60,863 nt of DNA from a virus (lineage: Duplodnaviria; Caudoviricetes): positions 1-60,863 of the IMG/VR virus record IMGVR_UViG_3300032333_000288. One strand, given 5' to 3'. Shown piece after piece: positions 18,870 to 29,275 of this stretch; position 1 is the first letter of the stretch, and every line of letters starts with the position of its first letter. A model generated the notes under the pieces. That model was not told where the DNA came from, did not search any database, and saw nothing but the letters and a program-made list of their open reading frames with translations. A program made the translations under genes and the position numbers.

Positions 18870-19010
18870 CCAGTGGCGGGTGTCGCCGCAATACGGTAAA
18901 GGATCGGAGCCGTTACCCAACCCGCCTCAGCGCCGCGCAACCGAATCCTTGACCGGGAACCGCGGCGCACCCATCTAACTTAGAATCAGCTAACCCCACA
19001 GGAGCCCACC

Positions 19011-19439
19011 ATGGCCAACGCTCTCTACGCCAAAGGCAAAGAAAAGCTGCTCAGCGCGACGAGCGCGATCAGCCTGGATACGGACACCATCAAGGCGTGT
19101 CTGATCATCAACACGTACGGGCAGAACCTGTCTACTGACGAGTTCTACACGTCGATTAGCGCGTACCTCGCAGGCGGCGCAAGCGCGACGATGAACACGC
19201 AGACGCTCGGGACCAAGAGCATCACCGACGGCGTGTTCGATGCGGCCGACATCACGTTCCCTGCCGTCACTGCCGGCGCGACGTGCGAAGCCGTCGTGCT
19301 CTGGAAAGACACTGGCGTCGCCGGCACCTCACCGCTGATTGCTTACATCGACACGATCACCGGCTTCCCGCTGCTCACGAACGGCGGTGATGTGACGGTG
19401 CAGTGGGACAACGGCGCGTACAAGATTTTCAGCCTGTGA
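19011..19439 (+). CDS. Tail-associated structural protein
   Basis: MANALYAKGKE...FDAADITF...LIAYID...NGGDVTVQW; AGGAG RBS. Confidence 0.7.
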   Translation: MANALYAKGKEKLLSATSAISLDTDTIKACLIINTYGQNLSTDEFYTSISAYLAGGASATMNTQTLGTKSITDGVFDAADITFPAVTAGATCEAVVLWKDTGVAGTSPLIAYIDTITGFPLLTNGGDVTVQWDNGAYKIFSL

Positions 19440-19447
19440 GCTGAGCT

Positions 19448-20413
19448 GTGCCCACCGTCAGCGGCGTGATCTACGACTCGACGGCGAGCGCTGTCGCCGG
19501 TCGAACGGTGCGCGCCTACCGGCGCGACACTGGGGTGCTGCTCGGCTCGGCGGTCAGCAGTGACGGCAACGAGACCCCGGGTGACGCGAGCTACAACAGC
19601 ACCGAACTGCTGATCCGCTGCGCCGGGGCGGACGACAGCACGGCGTTTACGAGCGAGGCGTACGTTGCGCGGGCAATCAGCAACCCATCGAGCAATGTCA
19701 AGGTGAAGACCGGGGTCTCGCCGCCCGTCGGCGGAAACTCAGCGTACTTCAACAACTCGACCTCGACCTACCTCACCGTCGGCGCAGCAGCGGACTACAA
19801 CTGGTTCTCGGCGATGGACGAGTCGTGGACCTACGACGGCTGGGTGTACGTCTCGAACGTGACGGGGACGAAGGCCCTGCTCACCAAAGGCACGAACAAC
19901 AGCACCATGGCAGCGCCGCTCATCACTGTGAGTGGCTCTACCTTCTACTGCGATGTCTACAAGTCGAGCACGTACGGCAGCGGCGGCGGGGCCTCGAAGA
20001 GCGGCATCACGGCGACGACGTGGCAGCACGTCATGGTCACATACGACAACACTACGCGCACTCTCAAGGCCGCGGTCGATGGCGTGTTCGGTGCTGGCGG
20101 AACCGTCGTCGCCAGCTCGAACTTCTCGACGGTGAACGGGCAGCTCCTGACGATCGGGCGATTCAGCGACGCTTTCTCCCCGATGGACGGGTACATGGCA
20201 CAGATGCGGCTGACGCGCGGGATCGTGCGCGAGACGGCGAACTTCACTCCGCCGACGCTCCCCGCCTACGCCAATCTCTACGTCGCCGCCACGCCGCTTG
20301 GCAGTTACAGCATCGACACCGCCGGCCACACTGGCGAACTCAACGTCATCGCGCTCGATGACGTGGCAGGCTCGACAGAGAACGACCGCATCATCCGCAC
20401 GACGGGGGTGTAG
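19448..20413 (+). CDS. LamG/concanavalin-like tail fibre protein
   Basis: WTYDGWVY, WQHVMVTYD, LTIGR, GYMAQMRLTRGIVR...NFTPPT. Confidence 0.75.
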   Translation: MPTVSGVIYDSTASAVAGRTVRAYRRDTGVLLGSAVSSDGNETPGDASYNSTELLIRCAGADDSTAFTSEAYVARAISNPSSNVKVKTGVSPPVGGNSAYFNNSTSTYLTVGAAADYNWFSAMDESWTYDGWVYVSNVTGTKALLTKGTNNSTMAAPLITVSGSTFYCDVYKSSTYGSGGGASKSGITATTWQHVMVTYDNTTRTLKAAVDGVFGAGGTVVASSNFSTVNGQLLTIGRFSDAFSPMDGYMAQMRLTRGIVRETANFTPPTLPAYANLYVAATPLGSYSIDTAGHTGELNVIALDDVAGSTENDRIIRTTGV

Positions 20414-20415
20414 CC

Positions 20416-21546
20416 ATGAGCTACACACCGCCTGCCGGCGACGAAGCGGATCTCCAGTTCGCAGGGGCCTACGTCCCGTTTGCCGGCGACCGCGCCGACC
20501 TGACGTTCGAGGAACTGGCCGCAGGCGTCACCCGCGCGCAGGGGATCTCACCAGCAACTCACTTCGGTTCACCGAAGGTGCTGGTCTCAGCCATTGGCTG
20601 GCTCGCGACTCACTTCGGCACGCCGTTCACGAGGGTCTTCACATACGCGAGCGGGTTCACGTCCACGACCTTCGGTGCGCCGCGATGGGGCGTCAACACT
20701 CAGCACACCGCCGCTGCGCCCTCGACGGCGTTCGGCACCGCGGCCATCGAGCCGCACGTCATGCCGATCTACAGCACGGTGTTCGGCACCCCGAACTCAC
20801 CGTACCTGCAGACCGGCGTAGCCACCGGCTTCTTGACGACGCAGCTCGGCCCCGACCCGAGGCTTATGACCGTCGGGTATGCGCTCTCCTCGCCGCCGAG
20901 CACCGTCGTCTCCACGGCCTACACCGCCACCGACCAGACCGCTGAGGCCAGCGGCACAGCATTCACGAAGTTCGGCACGCCGTTCTACGGTACTCCGCCG
21001 GGGATCATCATCAACTGGCGCTGCGTCGCTCGTGGGTGGGAGACCACGAACTTCGGCACACCGCGCGCACCGCACACCGTCGCGACCCAGGCGACTGGGT
21101 TCCGCTCGACCCGGTGGGGCTGGCCGAAGGGCTTCTCGCTCGGCGCCTTCTCCCGGCTCGGTACGCCCCACGCGATCCGGGTGCAGCCCACCACCGGCTG
21201 GACGAACACCGCGTTCGGCACACCGCATGTGGTGTACGTCGCGGCGCCAATCTATGACACGGCCTTCGGCGCGCCCGCCGCCAAGGAAGGGCATCTGGTC
21301 CTGCCTCGCGCTCCGCGCACGCGCTTCGGGAACCCGGCCAGCTTCATCGGCGGACACATCGCGTTCGGCATCCAGCTCGGGCGCTTCGGCCAGCCGTCAG
21401 CGTCCAGCGCGCTCAACCGCAGCGCGTCAGGCTGGACCTCGACTGCGCACGGCGCGCACACTGCGCGGCTGACCTACAAGGCCACCCACATCCCGCCGCC
21501 GAACAAGATGGGCGTGCCTCTGCTGCGAAGGAACACGACATGCTGA
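20416..21546 (+). CDS. Tail protein with repeated T-x-F-G-T-P motifs
   Basis: About 16 degenerate FGTP repeats. Confidence 0.7.
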   Translation: MSYTPPAGDEADLQFAGAYVPFAGDRADLTFEELAAGVTRAQGISPATHFGSPKVLVSAIGWLATHFGTPFTRVFTYASGFTSTTFGAPRWGVNTQHTAAAPSTAFGTAAIEPHVMPIYSTVFGTPNSPYLQTGVATGFLTTQLGPDPRLMTVGYALSSPPSTVVSTAYTATDQTAEASGTAFTKFGTPFYGTPPGIIINWRCVARGWETTNFGTPRAPHTVATQATGFRSTRWGWPKGFSLGAFSRLGTPHAIRVQPTTGWTNTAFGTPHVVYVAAPIYDTAFGAPAAKEGHLVLPRAPRTRFGNPASFIGGHIAFGIQLGRFGQPSASSALNRSASGWTSTAHGAHTARLTYKATHIPPPNKMGVPLLRRNTTC

Positions 21547-22709
21547 AGTTCGAGAAGTTCTCCGGGATCGACAACGTCGCCCAACCCCACCGCCTGACGA
21601 AGGATCAGCTCACCGTCGCCGAAAACGTGGACATCGGCCTGAGCGGCGAAATCTTCCGCCGAGGTGGGTACTCCGGTGCGTCCGGCGTGTGCCACAAGAA
21701 CGTGTGGCAGGGCAGCGGGTTCATGCTTGCAACGACCGACGGCGGCGACCTCGCCGTGACGACAGGCGCGACGCAGACCGTGCTCTACGCCTCGCTCGGC
21801 ATCGCCCGGGTCTGGTACTGCAACCTGCCCGACGGGCGGACGACTTTCAGCAACGGCCTCATCAACGGGATCACCGACGGCGCTGTGACGACGAAGTGGG
21901 GCGTGCCTATCCCTTCCGGCATCGGCGCCGTTACCGACGTGGCCGGCAACCTGCACCCCGGCAGCTACCAGTATCAGGTCACGCACGTGCGCTCTGCCGA
22001 CGGGCTCGAAGGTCCGCCTGCGTACTCGAACCCGGTGCCGCTGCCCTCGGGCGGGATCGTGCTGACCGGCCTGCCTGTGCTGGCGGGCCACACCACGAAC
22101 GTCTACATCACCGGGCGCGACGGCGGCACGGGCTACTACGCCGGCAACACAGCGAACGCCGCCTTCTCGTTCACGGGCACGAACGAGCAGCTTGTGCTGC
22201 CGTGCCGAACCGAGTTCCTTGACGTGATGCCCGTCGGCACCGTGACGGCGTTCTGGCGCGGGCGCACGCTCGTCGCGGTCGGCCCGACCCTGTACGCCTC
22301 GCAGCCGAGCCAGTGGGAGCTGTGCGACATGCGCAAGAACTTCAAGCAGTTCAGCGGCGACATCACGCTGATCCAGCCTGTCGACGGCGGCATCTTCGTC
22401 GGCACGACGAAGGAGTTGGCATTCCTGGCCGGCACGGAGTTCGACAAGCTGAGCTACGAGCCGAAGGTGGTGGGCAGCACCGTGCTCGGCTCGGGCGTCT
22501 CTGTCCGCGGCGAGCTGATCAAGCAGCGCGAAGGCGCTGCCCTCGGCACCGCCATGATCTGCATTGCCGACGGGGTGCTGACCGCGGGGTACAGCGACGG
22601 CAACGTGGTACGTATGACGGAGGGGCGGTACGAGACAACTGCGACCGAAGTGGCAGCGACGTTCCGCATGATCGACCGCATTCCCCAGTACATCGCCATC
22701 CCGCAATGA
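21540..22709 (+). CDS. Tail (nozzle/stabilisation-like) beta-rich protein
   Basis: FSGIDNV...AENVDI...RRGGY N-terminus; position in the tail module. Confidence 0.6.
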   Translation: MLKFEKFSGIDNVAQPHRLTKDQLTVAENVDIGLSGEIFRRGGYSGASGVCHKNVWQGSGFMLATTDGGDLAVTTGATQTVLYASLGIARVWYCNLPDGRTTFSNGLINGITDGAVTTKWGVPIPSGIGAVTDVAGNLHPGSYQYQVTHVRSADGLEGPPAYSNPVPLPSGGIVLTGLPVLAGHTTNVYITGRDGGTGYYAGNTANAAFSFTGTNEQLVLPCRTEFLDVMPVGTVTAFWRGRTLVAVGPTLYASQPSQWELCDMRKNFKQFSGDITLIQPVDGGIFVGTTKELAFLAGTEFDKLSYEPKVVGSTVLGSGVSVRGELIKQREGAALGTAMICIADGVLTAGYSDGNVVRMTEGRYETTATEVAATFRMIDRIPQYIAIPQ

Positions 22710-25069
22710 GCCTGCTCAATCCTCACTGGGCTGCTATAGGCGGCGAAGCCATGTCGGGGAAACCACCCCCGACACTGACTGTGCATGCACCGCCCGGGAC
22801 AGAGTTGAGCGCGGAGCAGCTTACGGGGGTCGTCCACGCACACAAGTTGTTCTGCGACGCGATCCGGGTCTCAGTAGACCCCAACATGGTCCACGTGGAC
22901 TATTGCATGCTCTCTGACGGAACGCAGATCCAGCTCACTTCGATCCAAGGTGCGCACGAAGTCTCGGTGTGGCCGTCAGGCGTGAAGAAGCCAGAGCCTC
23001 CGTACCGGGGCTTCGTCATTCGCCCGATCAGGACGGACAACCCCGCTTTCTCGTTCCCGAACAGCAACGTGCTGCTGCACTGCGTCCCCGACGACGCAGA
23101 GGTGCTGCACTGGGAGCCGTGGCTCTCCCCGTACCGGATCGGGAAGGACGAGATCCAGATTGAATACTTCGTTGACACCGAACGCAAGATATACGACGAG
23201 AGCGTAGCCCCGAGGGCGGACGCACGGTACTTCGACACGTACACTCGCGACGGCGAGAAGATTTACAGAAACGCCGAGAAGGAAATCTACCTCGCCGTCC
23301 CCGCCGGCACCCGCGTGCCAGTCCGGGCGAAGAGCATCGACGACGTTGCGTGGTTTTCGATGGGCGAGTCCGAGCTGCAGCGCATCGTGTTCGACCCGTC
23401 GAACCCACCGACGCTGTCCCCGCTGTGGAGCCGCGCAGAGATCGAGCCGCCGTTCGCTGGACTGTTGACTTACTCTGGAGGGCGACCGACAGAGAACATG
23501 ATCGAGTACATCGGCTACAACGTTCGAGAGACCACCTGGGACACACGGCGCCGCGCGCTCGGACTGCTCACCGCCGCGCCATGGGTGACGGGGGCGACGG
23601 TCTTCGTCCAGTATTACCGGCTGACCCCGTTCTTCCCGACGGGCGGGTGGGTGTCGGACAGCTACGAGATCCCCACGCTCGCGCCGCTGCGCCCGAACAC
23701 GGACCCAGAGTCGTACTGGCTCGGCACGGGGAACACCAGCGGCAAGATGTACGCGACGGATATCTCGTCTCCTGACTCCCGCACGCAGCTCGACTACGTC
23801 AAGCTGCTGACCGACTCCAGCACCGTACCGATGTTCGACGGCATCAGTGCGACAGTTCGGCGCGAGGTCAACCTCGACGCCCACCGGACGAACGGCATCG
23901 TGACGTGGTGGAACGAGTGGGCGGCAGGACCGATGTGGACCGCTTCGATCAATGGACCAGTGGTAGGCGAGTACCCCGACCAGTACACCGACTGGACCGG
24001 GTACATCTACGTCCAGGGGCCGCGGGCGCCATCCCCGAACTCCCCTGGCGTCGGTGCCGGCTTCCGCTACAGCATCAACACCCAGGAGGGCGGCGGCGAC
24101 CTCAAGCTCGACGAGACGGCGGTCGCGGAAATCCTGATGACGAGCCCGGAGAGCCGCATCAAGACGATCTTCAGGACCGAGTCGATCCGGAACCTCGACC
24201 AGATCGAGAGTACCCACGACAAGCGCGTTTGGACTGGGGTCTATGACGGGTACGCCGGAGACGGCACCGGCAACAACGGGCACTACGTCCCTGAAGGGTT
24301 CCACGTAGCTGACGAGTGGACCAACATCAGCGAGTCCTTCGACGAGTTCACGGAGACGACGACCTTCAACTGCGTCTCGCGGGACTACCTGCTGGCCGAC
24401 ACGGTCAGCCATGTCTACGTCTACATCGAGGGCGTGCTCGTCGGGAGCCACGTCAGGCACGTGGACTACGACACCCCGGCGAACGACTCGTCGGTGAGCG
24501 CGTGGACGCTGCAGATTTACCTCGTCGCGGAGTTCGCCGACCAGGAGGTGCGCCGGCTCATCAAGACAGCGACGGGCCCCGAAGCGCTCGACGCAAAGCT
24601 CCTGGTGCCGGGTGATATCACCCAGACATTTGCGAACCGCGTCATCCGCTACTCCAGCCCGACCGGGGCGATCCCGATCTTCGCCCCGCTCTGGTTCGAC
24701 CAGGGCGCATGCCCTTACATCGCCTACACGACGAAGGCAGAACTGGAGCAGGAGCTGCCCGACGGCACTCCGGAGATCGTGCGCAAGCAGCTCAAGAAGT
24801 TCCTGCTGTCCCTGCGCTTCCGCCTGCTGGTGTCCTCACGCCCGCTGTTCGCGGACCCAGCACCCATGTCCGCCGTCGATCTTGCTCTGTACGTGCCAAT
24901 GCTGGAGCAGATGTTCGGCGCAGTGTGGGAAGGTATCTCGTTCTACAAGCTGGTCGAGATTCTGGAGTCCGACAGGTTCACTGTGAACATCGCCTTCCCT
25001 GATGAAGACGTGCATGCGAAAATCGGCATCGCCGACGCCAACCCCGAGTCGAGGTACTACCGCACATGA
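22706..25069 (+). CDS. Large hypothetical virion protein
   Basis: ATGA overlaps at both ends; aromatic/beta-rich composition. Confidence 0.7.
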   Translation: MSLLNPHWAAIGGEAMSGKPPPTLTVHAPPGTELSAEQLTGVVHAHKLFCDAIRVSVDPNMVHVDYCMLSDGTQIQLTSIQGAHEVSVWPSGVKKPEPPYRGFVIRPIRTDNPAFSFPNSNVLLHCVPDDAEVLHWEPWLSPYRIGKDEIQIEYFVDTERKIYDESVAPRADARYFDTYTRDGEKIYRNAEKEIYLAVPAGTRVPVRAKSIDDVAWFSMGESELQRIVFDPSNPPTLSPLWSRAEIEPPFAGLLTYSGGRPTENMIEYIGYNVRETTWDTRRRALGLLTAAPWVTGATVFVQYYRLTPFFPTGGWVSDSYEIPTLAPLRPNTDPESYWLGTGNTSGKMYATDISSPDSRTQLDYVKLLTDSSTVPMFDGISATVRREVNLDAHRTNGIVTWWNEWAAGPMWTASINGPVVGEYPDQYTDWTGYIYVQGPRAPSPNSPGVGAGFRYSINTQEGGGDLKLDETAVAEILMTSPESRIKTIFRTESIRNLDQIESTHDKRVWTGVYDGYAGDGTGNNGHYVPEGFHVADEWTNISESFDEFTETTTFNCVSRDYLLADTVSHVYVYIEGVLVGSHVRHVDYDTPANDSSVSAWTLQIYLVAEFADQEVRRLIKTATGPEALDAKLLVPGDITQTFANRVIRYSSPTGAIPIFAPLWFDQGACPYIAYTTKAELEQELPDGTPEIVRKQLKKFLLSLRFRLLVSSRPLFADPAPMSAVDLALYVPMLEQMFGAVWEGISFYKLVEILESDRFTVNIAFPDEDVHAKIGIADANPESRYYRT

Positions 25070-25503
25070 ACACCATCGTGATGAACACCATGACCGGCGC
25101 GGTGTCGGAGTACAGCGCCTTCGACTTCCAGAGCATCACACCGACGCACGCGGGCAGCGCTACGGGGCTCTTCCTGCTCGGTGGCGCGCTCGACATCGAC
25201 GCGCCGATCAGCGCCCGCATCCAGACCGGCAAGACTCAGTGGGGCGGCTCGCTGAAGAAGTTCGTGCGGAAGCTCTTCTTCGGTCTGAAAGGTGAGGGCA
25301 CCTTCACCGCGCACGTGAGCGGCGAGAACGACGACTACGAGTACGACTTCCCCGCCATCGAGACGGGCGAGTCTCGCGCGCAACCCGGGCGCGGGATCAG
25401 AGAGACCTACCTGTCCTTCGGCCTGTCGAACACCGACGGGCAGGAGTTCCAGCTCGACAACATCGAGGTCGAAGAGACGACCTCTACCACCAGGAGGGTT
25501 TGA
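25066..25503 (+). CDS. Hypothetical tail protein
   Basis: Coupled to both neighbours; typical codon usage. Confidence 0.75.
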   Translation: MNTIVMNTMTGAVSEYSAFDFQSITPTHAGSATGLFLLGGALDIDAPISARIQTGKTQWGGSLKKFVRKLFFGLKGEGTFTAHVSGENDDYEYDFPAIETGESRAQPGRGIRETYLSFGLSNTDGQEFQLDNIEVEETTSTTRRV

Positions 25504-27344
25504 TGCCCGGCGCCTCAGCACAAGTCTCGTCGGTCTTCTCACAAGCGGCGGCTTACGCCTCCGCTGCGCAGACCGCCGTCAACGCATTCACAAGCGCACT
25601 GTCCGCCTCGATCTACACCGTGCCGACGATGGACGTGGTGTGGGATTCCCCCGCTGCACCGACTCTGCCGTCCGTGCCGACCGCCCCGACGCTGCCCGAC
25701 ATCACCTTCGTCGCCCCGGCAGCGACGCCGTCAGCGCTGGCCCTGGCCGAGCCCGGCATCACCATCGACGACTTCGTCACGTCGGAGCCCACGCTCACCT
25801 TCCCATCGGCCCCGACGGTCTTCTACGACTCGGCCCCGCTGGTCCCTGCCGTCGCCGCAGTGACTGTGCCGGCGGCTCCGACCGTCGCTGCCGTGACCCT
25901 GCCGACGATGCTCGCGCTGAGCACGATCACCGTGCCGACGATCGATCTGCACGAGAGCTGGCTGACGCAGCTTGAGACGATCCCGACGCTCTCGCTGCTG
26001 GCGCCCACACCCTACAGCTACAGCCGCGGGGCGGCGTACGCCTCAGACTTGCTGGCTGACGTGAAGGCGAAGCTCGAAGAGCGTATCGCTGGCGGCACCG
26101 GCCTCTCGGCTGCCGTCGAGCAGGCGATCTGGGACCGCGCCCGCGACCGTGAGACCCGCACCGCGCAGGCGAACATTGATCAGGTCGCGCGTACGAACGA
26201 GGCGCTGGGCTTCCCACTGCCGAGCGGTACGCTGGCGTCTCAGCTCCGCGAGGCAGAGCAGAACTACTACGACAAGCTGTCGGAGTTCTCGCGTGACGTG
26301 AGCATCAAGCAGGCTGAGCTGGAGCAGGCGAACCTGAAGGACACGATTGCCGCCGGCATCCAGCTCGAAGGCCAGCTCATCGACTACTCGTGGAAGATGG
26401 AGAACTTGGCGTTCGAGTCCGCGAAGCAGTACGCCGAGAACGCGATTCAGATCCACAACGCCGCCATCGAGAAGTTCAAGGCGCTGATTGACGGGTACCG
26501 CGCCTACGCCTCTGCCTACGACACGATCATCAAAGGCCAGATGGCCGCGGTCGACATCTACAAGGCGCAGCTCGAAGGCGAGCAGACGAAGGCGAACATC
26601 AACACCGCTCTGGTGCAGCAGTACAAGGCGCAGATCGATGCCGGGCTGGCCCAGGTCGAGGTCTACAAGGCTCAGGTGCAGGGCGCGCAGACCCTGATCC
26701 AACTGGAGCAGACGAAGGTCAGCGCAGCTGCCGAGACGATCCGCGCCTACGTCGCCCAGGTGAATGCCGAGACCGCGAAGGTCGAAGCGTACAAGGCGTC
26801 AGTGCAGGCCGAGTCCACGAAGATCGAAGTGTTCCGCGCTCAGGTCGAAGCGTACAAGGCGAAGGTCGGCGCGCAGGCAGATCAAGCCCGCGCCGAGGTC
26901 AGCCGCTACTCCGCGCTCTTCCAGGCGAAGGCGTCCGAGTGGGAGGGCTACAAGGCCCAGGTCGGCGCCGAGAGCGAGCGCATCCGTGCACTGGGCATCC
27001 AGTCCAGCTCGCTGCTCGACGGCTTCAAGGCCGAGGTCGGTGCGGTACAGGCCGAAGCCGAGATGGCGACGACGGTGTGGAAGGGCACCGTGGCCCAGTA
27101 CGAAGCCGGCCAGAACATCGCCATCCAGACGGCGAAGTTCAACACCGATGCCTTCATCGCCACGAAGACCGCGGCCATGGAGGCAGCGAAGACCGGCGCT
27201 CAGGTGTACTCGCAGCTCACCGCATCCGCCTACAGCATGATGCGCGCCTCGGCCGCCATCCAGGGAACGGACCAGATGGCGGTGCAGTTCCAATACTCCG
27301 GCCAGACCTCATCGTCAGTCAGTCCGACCACCTCGCTTGGCTGA
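25500..27344 (+). CDS. Coiled-coil virion (tail/ejection) protein
   Basis: Pro/Thr-rich N-terminus, then repeated (V/I)ExYKAQV helical units. Confidence 0.7.
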   Translation: MMPGASAQVSSVFSQAAAYASAAQTAVNAFTSALSASIYTVPTMDVVWDSPAAPTLPSVPTAPTLPDITFVAPAATPSALALAEPGITIDDFVTSEPTLTFPSAPTVFYDSAPLVPAVAAVTVPAAPTVAAVTLPTMLALSTITVPTIDLHESWLTQLETIPTLSLLAPTPYSYSRGAAYASDLLADVKAKLEERIAGGTGLSAAVEQAIWDRARDRETRTAQANIDQVARTNEALGFPLPSGTLASQLREAEQNYYDKLSEFSRDVSIKQAELEQANLKDTIAAGIQLEGQLIDYSWKMENLAFESAKQYAENAIQIHNAAIEKFKALIDGYRAYASAYDTIIKGQMAAVDIYKAQLEGEQTKANINTALVQQYKAQIDAGLAQVEVYKAQVQGAQTLIQLEQTKVSAAAETIRAYVAQVNAETAKVEAYKASVQAESTKIEVFRAQVEAYKAKVGAQADQARAEVSRYSALFQAKASEWEGYKAQVGAESERIRALGIQSSSLLDGFKAEVGAVQAEAEMATTVWKGTVAQYEAGQNIAIQTAKFNTDAFIATKTAAMEAAKTGAQVYSQLTASAYSMMRASAAIQGTDQMAVQFQYSGQTSSSVSPTTSLG

Positions 27345-27377
27345 CAGGCAAGAGGTCTGCCGGACACCCGCACGAAC

Positions 27378-27405
27378 TACAATCTAAGCTCTAACACAGA
27401 TCGGA
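27378..27405 (+). promoter_or_regulatory. -10-like TACAAT overlapping the recurrent motif, upstream of the ejection-protein genes
   Basis: tacaatctaagctctaacacagatcgga. Confidence 0.6.
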
Positions 27406-27412
27406 CAGAGAC

Positions 27413-29272
27413 ATGGTGCAGCCAGCAAACGAAGCAACCGGCGCGAAGTCCACCGGCTGGTTTAAGCGCACAGCGAACGCGCTGCGAAATCCCGTTCAGA
27501 CCCTGTCCTCGGCAATGCCGACGGTGCAGGGAGCGAGCAAAGCCGCCGGGGCAGCAACAGCACGCTTTGGCCCGGCGGCGGCGGGTGCCGGGGTCGTCTC
27601 CCACCTGAACGACTTCAAGATCGACGACCCGACGAACGACTCCACTGTCGGCGGCACGTTCAACGCACTGCGCAAATCTAGCGTGGCGGACGCAGTCAGG
27701 ATGCTGAACCCTGCAGCTGCGCTCGGCGCTGTGGCTGGCGGCGGGCTAGGCGACGTAGGCCGAAGCCTCAGCAAGGGCGCGCTCGAAGCAGGCATGGACC
27801 TGGGCTCGGCGGCGGCGAACGTCGCCGACATCTTCGTACCCGGCAAGGCTCCGGTCTCGACGGCGTACAACAGCTCGTTGCGTGAGAAGTTCGGCGATCA
27901 GCTCGTGGACCGCACCGGCACGGCCCCGGCTGCGCTTGCGCCGCAGCCCCAACCGGCCGCTGCCAAGGTCAACCCCCACTACGGCAACGAACACCTCCGC
28001 GCACCCTCCGCGCCCGCAACTACACCCGAGGCGGCACCAGTCAACCCCAACGGCGTCATTACGCGCGGCCCAGGCAACAGCTACTCGGGCACTGCCAACG
28101 CAAAGGCCGGCGCCGACATGGTGGACCCGCAGGGGGCTGCACTCGACGCGGCTACAGGCGTGAAGAGTGGAGCCCGTGCGGGGTACGGTGTCTCGACGAT
28201 CGACGGCATCGGTGTCGAGGGTCACCTGCGCCAGCTCGCCAACATCCGCGCGCTCGGTGGACCCGGCGCAGGCGAACCTATCAACACCGGCGCCGCGGGC
28301 TTCGGCGGCGCCACGCTGAGTAGCGCGCTCCGAGAGAAGGTCGAACGCGAGAAGACCCCCAGCATGAACGGCCTGTCTGCGCAGCAGGCCGTCGCGGCGC
28401 AGCAAGGGCAGCGGCAGCTCGCGCAGGGGTTTGATCTCGCCCAGATGCAGAACGCCACGGCCCAGGCCGGGCAGGCGAACCAGCTCCGCACGGCGGAGAT
28501 GAACAACGCCACGCTGCGCGAGAACAACGCAAACACGGCGCGCGTAAATCTGCGCGGGCACGAGCTGGACTTCGAGCGTGGCATGGCGCCCATCCGGTTC
28601 CAACAGCAGCAACGTGCGCAGATCGCCGACCTCCTGAAGAGCACGAACGGCGACCCGGCAGCGGCGGCGCAACAGGCGCTTGCCGCAGGGCGCGTCGATC
28701 TGGCCGAGACCCTGTCGAAGCCTGTCGCCACGATGCAGGGCGAAGCGGAGAAGCGCGACGGACTGATCGAGAACAAACGCAAGGAGATCGCTGCCGGTGT
28801 GAAGGGCGCGTTCAACCACATGGACAAGGACGGTCAGCCGAAGATGTCCGAGGCGCTCGAAGCGCAGGCCATCGCCCGGTTCATGCGGGCCAACCCCGAC
28901 TTCCACAAGGAAGGCGACCCCGTCAAGCGCCAGCAGATGCTCGACGACGCGCTCGGCGACGAGGAGCTGATGGCCCGATTCAGCAAGCCAACATCTGGCG
29001 GGTGGGCGAGCCTTGTGCCGAACTTCATCTCTGGCAACAAGCCGATGCTCCGCCAGGACAACATCCCGAACGCAGAGCTGCTGGCGAAGGGCAAGATCAG
29101 CGGCGCCATCGGCGGCGTCCGCGGCGCGCTGAGCCCAGACGCGGAGAAGGGCGACCGATTCTTCGACCCGGGCGACGGCTACGAAGCCGTGAACATGGGC
29201 GACCTGAGCGCACGCGCGCTGGCCCGCCTGGAGAAGCACCGCAAAGAAGCAGCCGAACGGCTGAGGAAGTAA
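27413..29272 (+). CDS. Internal virion (ejection) protein
   Basis: Ala/Gly/Gln-rich helical 619-aa protein preceding the giant gene. Confidence 0.65.
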   Translation: MVQPANEATGAKSTGWFKRTANALRNPVQTLSSAMPTVQGASKAAGAATARFGPAAAGAGVVSHLNDFKIDDPTNDSTVGGTFNALRKSSVADAVRMLNPAAALGAVAGGGLGDVGRSLSKGALEAGMDLGSAAANVADIFVPGKAPVSTAYNSSLREKFGDQLVDRTGTAPAALAPQPQPAAAKVNPHYGNEHLRAPSAPATTPEAAPVNPNGVITRGPGNSYSGTANAKAGADMVDPQGAALDAATGVKSGARAGYGVSTIDGIGVEGHLRQLANIRALGGPGAGEPINTGAAGFGGATLSSALREKVEREKTPSMNGLSAQQAVAAQQGQRQLAQGFDLAQMQNATAQAGQANQLRTAEMNNATLRENNANTARVNLRGHELDFERGMAPIRFQQQQRAQIADLLKSTNGDPAAAAQQALAAGRVDLAETLSKPVATMQGEAEKRDGLIENKRKEIAAGVKGAFNHMDKDGQPKMSEALEAQAIARFMRANPDFHKEGDPVKRQQMLDDALGDEELMARFSKPTSGGWASLVPNFISGNKPMLRQDNIPNAELLAKGKISGAIGGVRGALSPDAEKGDRFFDPGDGYEAVNMGDLSARALARLEKHRKEAAERLRK

Positions 29273-29275
29273 CTC

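Noticed and set aside
6556-20413. Genome-wide TAG recoding suggested by the stop at 17063
   Set aside because: Other TAG codons (6558, 9507, 14245, 20413) behave as real gene ends, long genes are not interrupted, and no suppressor tRNA was seen.
10451-21546. Diversity-generating retroelement or invertase-driven tail switching
   Set aside because: No reverse transcriptase, recombinase, template/variable repeat pair or inverted crossover sites were noticed.
22313-22705. Upstream extensions given by the ORF track (22313, also 17851, 18096, 10415, 46646, 47549, 49749, 58250)
   Set aside because: They overlap neighbouring genes or regulatory sites. Downstream starts with an RBS or stop/start overlaps fit better.
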